A stretch of 60,823 nucleotides of DNA from a virus (lineage: Duplodnaviria > Caudoviricetes), in IMG/VR virus record IMGVR_UViG_3300021957_000035, positions 1 through 60,823 of that record, one strand, 5' to 3'. The notes under the pieces were generated by a model. The model saw nothing but the letters and a program-made list of their open reading frames with translations, was not told where the DNA came from and did no database searches. The translations under genes were made by a program, and so were the position numbers. Shown here piece after piece: positions 56,287 through 60,823 of this stretch (positions are counted from its first letter, which is position 1; each line of letters begins with the position of its first letter).

Positions 56287-57892
56287 CGGAACCCTTTCTT
56301 AATCTGCCTGTGTCAAAGTTATAAAACATAGAACCTGATGGACCAGTTAAACCTGTGTATCTACATTTAAGAACTTTAGTCCTAATAGTATTTCTTTCTT
56401 CTTCGCTTTCTGAACCAACATTTCTAGCAAAAGCAATAATATCCATACTGATTTGTTTAATACTACCTGAACCGCGGATATCATCCATAGAGGGTAGTTT
56501 ACCTTCTTCAAAGCTTTTACCTTTGTTATCTGTTTTACGCAAATGGCTAATAAGACCTAGCCATACGTTATACTTCTTAACCAACCGTAAAAGGTCATTC
56601 ATAATTTTATCTATCGCTTCATTTCCGGTGAGTCCTTCAGTTCCTTCAGAAGCAAGTATAGTAATGTGGTCCACAAAGAGATACTTACAACCGCTAAGAC
56701 ACATATACTCAAGAAAATCCATGATGGAGCCATCAGATATAGAACCTTGATGATCAAGGACCATAACACGGTTATCACTGAAAATAGTATCAAATCCTTC
56801 CTTAAGTTCATCTATAGGGATCTCCTCTTTGGCAGGGTTTCTACTAAGAGCCATTCCAGACATTTTTCTTGCAGTCTCAGCGGGACTTTCTTCCAGACTG
56901 ATAAGGCCGATTTTATCTTCAGTTCTTTCAAGAAGATGTACAGCAATTTCCCGAAGAAGCGTACTTTTACCTGATCCGGTTCCGCTAGTCCAGAGAGTGA
57001 TTTCTCCGAATCGCATACCCTTAAGCTTCTCATTAAGACCTTCCATAAAGTCGGGATAAGGTACAGATTCAATTTCATTGTAAGCCTCCAGTTGAGTCCA
57101 TAGTTCATCTTTAGTAAGAATACCTGCAGGTGTGTAGTCTACAGCATCGTAGATCACTTTTAATACTTTGTCAGGGTCTTTGATCCAAAGATCACTAGCA
57201 TCTTTCTCTGATGATTTAGCTATCTTAATCTTATCATAACCTATTATACGAGCAGCTTCTTTTACTGCCTTTTCTCCAGCTTCGTCCTTATCAAGCCATA
57301 AAATAACTTCATCAAAGTTACGAATCCAGTCACGACATTCGATAAGATCTCGTATAGAACTAGCACTACGAATACTAACTACAGGATAAAAAGTTTTATA
57401 CTTCTTATACCAAGCTGATTGGACTGCCATAGCATCTAGCTCGCCCTCCGTTATTACTAATCTTTTACCACCGTTGTAGAGTTGTTGTCCAAATAGTCCA
57501 CCTTTAACGGTGCCACATGAGGTAAAGGTTTTGGGTAGATCTCTGACTTTGTAACCGGAGATCTTGTTGCCCACATAATAAGGATAGTAATGGCTAGAAA
57601 TATCTCCGTCGATATTATAAGATACTTTAACACCGTAATGCTCCGATACTTGTTTATAAATGTTTCTTTCTTTAAAGCCACGTATCGGATAGTCTTCTGT
57701 AATTTCTTCTACTGTATCATTATTAACGGCTACCCATTGTGTTTCTGCTGGTTGCATGTTGCCCTCCTTTGGGGCAGGGAAAGAGGCTCTACAAGAAAAA
57801 CAAAATGCAGAGCCTTCTTCATAAATTTGTTTGGCATCTGAACTGCCACACTTTTCACATGGTTGATTACGAGTGACTATTGTCCCCATCAT
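56252..57892 (-). CDS. T7 gp4-like DNA primase-helicase
   Basis: CEKCGSSD...CFSC Zn finger, TEGELDAM (TOPRIM), SGTGSGKS, VDHIT, IRGSGSIKQ. Confidence 0.96.
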   Translation of the reverse strand: MMGTIVTRNQPCEKCGSSDAKQIYEEGSAFCFSCRASFPAPKEGNMQPAETQWVAVNNDTVEEITEDYPIRGFKERNIYKQVSEHYGVKVSYNIDGDISSHYYPYYVGNKISGYKVRDLPKTFTSCGTVKGGLFGQQLYNGGKRLVITEGELDAMAVQSAWYKKYKTFYPVVSIRSASSIRDLIECRDWIRNFDEVILWLDKDEAGEKAVKEAARIIGYDKIKIAKSSEKDASDLWIKDPDKVLKVIYDAVDYTPAGILTKDELWTQLEAYNEIESVPYPDFMEGLNEKLKGMRFGEITLWTSGTGSGKSTLLREIAVHLLERTEDKIGLISLEESPAETARKMSGMALSRNPAKEEIPIDELKEGFDTIFSDNRVMVLDHQGSISDGSIMDFLEYMCLSGCKYLFVDHITILASEGTEGLTGNEAIDKIMNDLLRLVKKYNVWLGLISHLRKTDNKGKSFEEGKLPSMDDIRGSGSIKQISMDIIAFARNVGSESEEERNTIRTKVLKCRYTGLTGPSGSMFYNFDTGRLRKGSDEFNEENFERV

Positions 57893-58061
57893 CTGCTCCT
57901 ATATGTGCTGTGAATTTAGACATTTCTTGAAACAATAAAAAGAATATAATACTTGTAATAGGATTAACTAAGTGATAACCCATAATTTCTGAGACTAAAG
58001 TAAAGGCTAATAAACCTACACTTACAATCCACAGAGCTACTGCCATTGGTGATACTTCCAT
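57867..58061 (-). CDS. small membrane protein
   Basis: Two hydrophobic segments. Confidence 0.6.
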   Translation of the reverse strand: MEVSPMAVALWIVSVGLLAFTLVSEIMGYHLVNPITSIIFFLLFQEMSKFTAHIGADDGDNSHS

Positions 58062-58519
58062 TATAAAAACCTTTTCTTTAATACATTAACATACCTCTTG
58101 GTTTTTGTAGTAGGAAACTCTTTTGGTACAAACCTGATAGCAGCAATTTGTCTATTGTAAAACCTAGGTGTAATATTGTCAGGTAAGTACTCAGTCATAC
58201 AATCAGATAACATTTGTAGATAAGCCTCTGCATAATACAATCCACCTTTAGTTTTATAAAGGTCTACAATCTCAAATCTAAAGTTATCTTTTTTGTACTT
58301 GCCAATATCTTGTTTTAAAGCTTTAGAAGAACCTACATAGGTTTTCCATGTCATTGCTTTACCATAAGTCCTAGACTTCTTTTTACCACCATGCCAAAAT
58401 TGTTTCTTTCCAATATAATATTGTTTAGTAGTTAAATTTTCTATACAATATACAAAGCCAAACCAATCACTAGGATCAAACTTTTTATTATATTCCCAGT
58501 GACCTTTATCTGTTAACAT
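58061..58519 (-). CDS. GIY-YIG-like endonuclease
   Basis: GFVYCIEN...YYIGKKQF...WKTYVGSS; likely start at 58519. Confidence 0.75.
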   Translation of the reverse strand: MLTDKGHWEYNKKFDPSDWFGFVYCIENLTTKQYYIGKKQFWHGGKKKSRTYGKAMTWKTYVGSSKALKQDIGKYKKDNFRFEIVDLYKTKGGLYYAEAYLQMLSDCMTEYLPDNITPRFYNRQIAAIRFVPKEFPTTKTKRYVNVLKKRFL

Positions 58520-59219
58520 AAGCATTATACTTTTCTTTTGGCAAGTTGAAGTGATCGTCTTGTTTACGCCAGATATGTAATAGCTTTCCATTCGCTAACA
58601 TATGAGCGTGACCTTCATCAATGTAAAAATCATTGTATGCCTTACAAACAATTTCTTTTCGATGCGCAGGTAACGTTGTACCTTCAAGCATTTTTTCAGC
58701 TTTCTTAGGTCCAATTTTAGGAATACCTGGGATATTGTCTACACTATCACCCATAAGTAATTGTTTCCAATAGAAATAATCAGCATAGTCTTTGTCAATT
58801 GTATAAGTTTCTTTTTTACGAGGATTGTAGTGAAGACCTTCAATGCAGTCTAAGTCCTTATCTACAGTAACAATTGCATAATTTTGTTTACATTCGTTAG
58901 CCCAAATGCGAACCATGTCATCAGCTTCACAATTATCTGTTAGTATACAACCTTCATACTCGTTTACAACATCTGATTTCAAATCTAAGAACCAGTCTGG
59001 TCTTGTAGATTTTGACTTTGATCGATTAGCTTTATACTCAGGGTATACGTCTATTCTAAAGTTATCAGGACCACCTAACGCCATGACATAATCAGTTGTA
59101 AATAAGTCTTCTAGTATAGCAGTAAAAAGACTATCAAAGTTTTTTCGTGCTTCTTCCTTAGTTTCTGCACCCCATATACTCATGTATAGTAGTACATCAC
59201 CATCAACAATAGCTAACAT
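58506..59219 (-). CDS. 5'-3' exonuclease / RNase H (T7 gp6-like)
   Basis: VDGD, YKANR, EADD, DKDL, GDSVDNIPGIPKIGPKKA. Confidence 0.93.
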   Translation of the reverse strand: MLAIVDGDVLLYMSIWGAETKEEARKNFDSLFTAILEDLFTTDYVMALGGPDNFRIDVYPEYKANRSKSKSTRPDWFLDLKSDVVNEYEGCILTDNCEADDMVRIWANECKQNYAIVTVDKDLDCIEGLHYNPRKKETYTIDKDYADYFYWKQLLMGDSVDNIPGIPKIGPKKAEKMLEGTTLPAHRKEIVCKAYNDFYIDEGHAHMLANGKLLHIWRKQDDHFNLPKEKYNAYVNR

Positions 59220-59237
59220 AGTAGCTCCTTTATATTG

Positions 59238-59256
59238 TTCTTTAACGTCAGCTATT
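59238..59256 (-). promoter_or_regulatory. phage RNAP promoter, class 2 (AATAGCTGACGTTAAAGAA)
   Basis: Intergenic, upstream of the exonuclease gene and its AAGGAG SD. Confidence 0.8.
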
Positions 59257-59258
59257 AT

Positions 59259-59426
59259 TTACTCTTCGTTTTCTTCGGCTTCTATACCTCTACGAACTAA
59301 CTCAAGAAAACCCATGTTAAAGATTTGAGCAAAGGTTTCTTTGTCGAGATCTAACTCTAACGTTGCTGATCCGTCTTCATGTTCATCAATAGAAGCTACA
59401 TGAATACTATGTATTTTACTTTCCAT
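59259..59426 (-). CDS. small acidic protein (55 aa)
   Basis: Read by hand, MESKIHSIHV...EHEDGSAT; AGGAG SD. Confidence 0.6.
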   Translation of the reverse strand: MESKIHSIHVASIDEHEDGSATLELDLDKETFAQIFNMGFLELVRRGIEAEENEE

Positions 59427-59673
59427 TTAATACTCTCCTTTCAAGCTTATTAATATTTGCTAACATAATATCATCTAAGTTTAATCCTGCATTATCCGTT
59501 AAAACAGTAACGTACCATAGTACATCACCTAGTTCATCAATAAGATTTTCACGGCTAGTAGCGTTACATACTTCTTCTACTTCTTCACGAATACCTGCTT
59601 TTAAGTTGTCAGCGTGTACGTGAGTGTCACCATAGAATTGAACAGCTAATGATTGATATAATTCGTTATTCAT
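59416..59673 (-). CDS. MazG-like NTP pyrophosphohydrolase
   Basis: EEVEEV...DELGDVLWY...NINKLERR. Confidence 0.85.
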   Translation of the reverse strand: MNNELYQSLAVQFYGDTHVHADNLKAGIREEVEEVCNATSRENLIDELGDVLWYVTVLTDNAGLNLDDIMLANINKLERRVLNGK

Positions 59674-59912
59674 TTTTTATCCTTAATAAGCTCTAATTTA
59701 AATAAACCTTCAGGGCTGTTAACGGCAGCAACAATATCAAGTAACTGTTGAAACGTCATTACTACAACATCAAACTCGTTTTTGTATTCTTGCCACTGCC
59801 TAACAAACACAGTAGAATTATCACCAATAATAACTTGAACGTCTTCTTGGTCATCATCCTCTGACATAGTAGTTATAACAGCATCGTCATCAATAAACTC
59901 TACTGTATACAT
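59670..59912 (-). CDS. hypothetical protein
   Basis: Coupled acidic ORF. Confidence 0.65.
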   Translation of the reverse strand: MYTVEFIDDDAVITTMSEDDDQEDVQVIIGDNSTVFVRQWQEYKNEFDVVVMTFQQLLDIVAAVNSPEGLFKLELIKDKK

Positions 59913-60193
59913 TATTCTTCCTCTTCTTTCTTTGCCGCTGTATAACCATCATCCCAACCATCGTCATAACCGTCTTCACGACCGTTTTCAAAACCGCTTT
60001 CATAGCCGTTTTCGTACCATTCTTCTGCTTCCGTACTCTTTTGACTTGTTGTAATTTCAATGCAATCAGCTTCTAAGTCTTCAATGTCTTTTATTAAATC
60101 TCGACTTAACTCAATTCCTTGAAATTTAAGTTCTTGGAAAAATTTACTGAAATGAGTTTGAATCATAACTTCCATAGATGTAGTAATACTCAT
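59912..60193 (-). CDS. hypothetical protein with GYxx repeats
   Basis: GYESGFENGREDGYDDGWDDGY. Confidence 0.65.
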   Translation of the reverse strand: MSITTSMEVMIQTHFSKFFQELKFQGIELSRDLIKDIEDLEADCIEITTSQKSTEAEEWYENGYESGFENGREDGYDDGWDDGYTAAKKEEEE

Positions 60194-60342
60194 TGATCTG
60201 TCTCCTTATTAACTTTACGAAGTCTTTTATTATAAGCACGTTTAATCTTTTTTAAGTCTCCTCTTTTAAAGTTAAAAAATTTACGATATTTGCTAAAAGC
60301 ATCATACTCATCCGCAGATTTTAAAGGAACTCTTTTAATCAT
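60190..60342 (-). CDS. small basic protein (50 aa)
   Basis: Read by hand, MIKRVPLKSADEYDAFS... Confidence 0.55.
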   Translation of the reverse strand: MIKRVPLKSADEYDAFSKYRKFFNFKRGDLKKIKRAYNKRLRKVNKETDQ

Positions 60343-60587
60343 TTATTCATCTCACTTATTACTATCCACATAAATCCTAAAATTAAAAATAGTAAAATAG
60401 AGCCACCCGTAAATGCTTCAGTCATTACTAACTCCTATACATGGTAACAGTATTGTTTGTTTACAATATTTAGGGTAGTCATCGTATGTCATAGCTATTA
60501 GTACAGGTGGTGCTGCAATTAATAAAGCAACAATTGCTGCTGCTTTAATTGCTCCATTAATATTACCTCTCATATTTTTCCTTTTCT

Positions 60588-60776
60588 TTAGTCAGTGTAG
60601 TTGGGTTTGACTTTGTAATGCTCATGAATACTTTTCTTTACGTTAGATTTCATACGTTTAACTTCTAACGCATGTTGATACTCAGGTTTATCTAATAAAA
60701 CTTCCATAAACTCTTCAATAGCTTCTACTCTAGCTTCTAAAGATTTTTTAGGAAAGTTACCAAAAGGATCATGCAT
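60588..60776 (-). CDS. hypothetical protein
   Basis: Minus-strand ORF. Confidence 0.55.
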   Translation of the reverse strand: MHDPFGNFPKKSLEARVEAIEEFMEVLLDKPEYQHALEVKRMKSNVKKSIHEHYKVKPNYTD

Positions 60777-60823
60777 ATTAGCTATCGCTCTTTCTTTAGC
60801 TCTATTTCTTTCTTCATCAGTCA

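Overview
About 61 kb of an AT-rich, long-tailed dsDNA phage genome (tape measure, tail tube and a frameshifted tail chaperone are present). Essentially every credible gene is on the minus strand, and no integrase, tRNA or CRISPR was seen. In transcription order (right to left): replication and nucleotide genes (MazG-like, exonuclease, GIY-YIG-like, primase-helicase, NrdJ, glutaredoxin), terminase, basic proteins, fibre and tail-tip genes with phoH, lysis genes, portal, Na/Pi-cotransporter, head genes, tail genes, tape measure, terminator, small early-type genes, a T7-like RNA polymerase and SSB. A marine alphaproteobacterial host is inferred from DUF1127, NrdJ and the holin type, but is not shown. 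Two systems stand out. (1) A 1451-aa MuF head protein fused to a second T7-superfamily RNA polymerase, together with two distinct repeated promoter-like motifs, suggests a virion-delivered RNAP followed by a second RNAP. (2) A 759-aa Thr-rich protein has two 354-aa arms that mirror each other, with basic residues opposite aromatic residues. This implies one giant antiparallel beta-hairpin fibre, and the gene sits next to a KpsS-like glycosyltransferase. Several structured intergenic RNA candidates are also present. All calls come from motif recognition by eye; no database searches were run.
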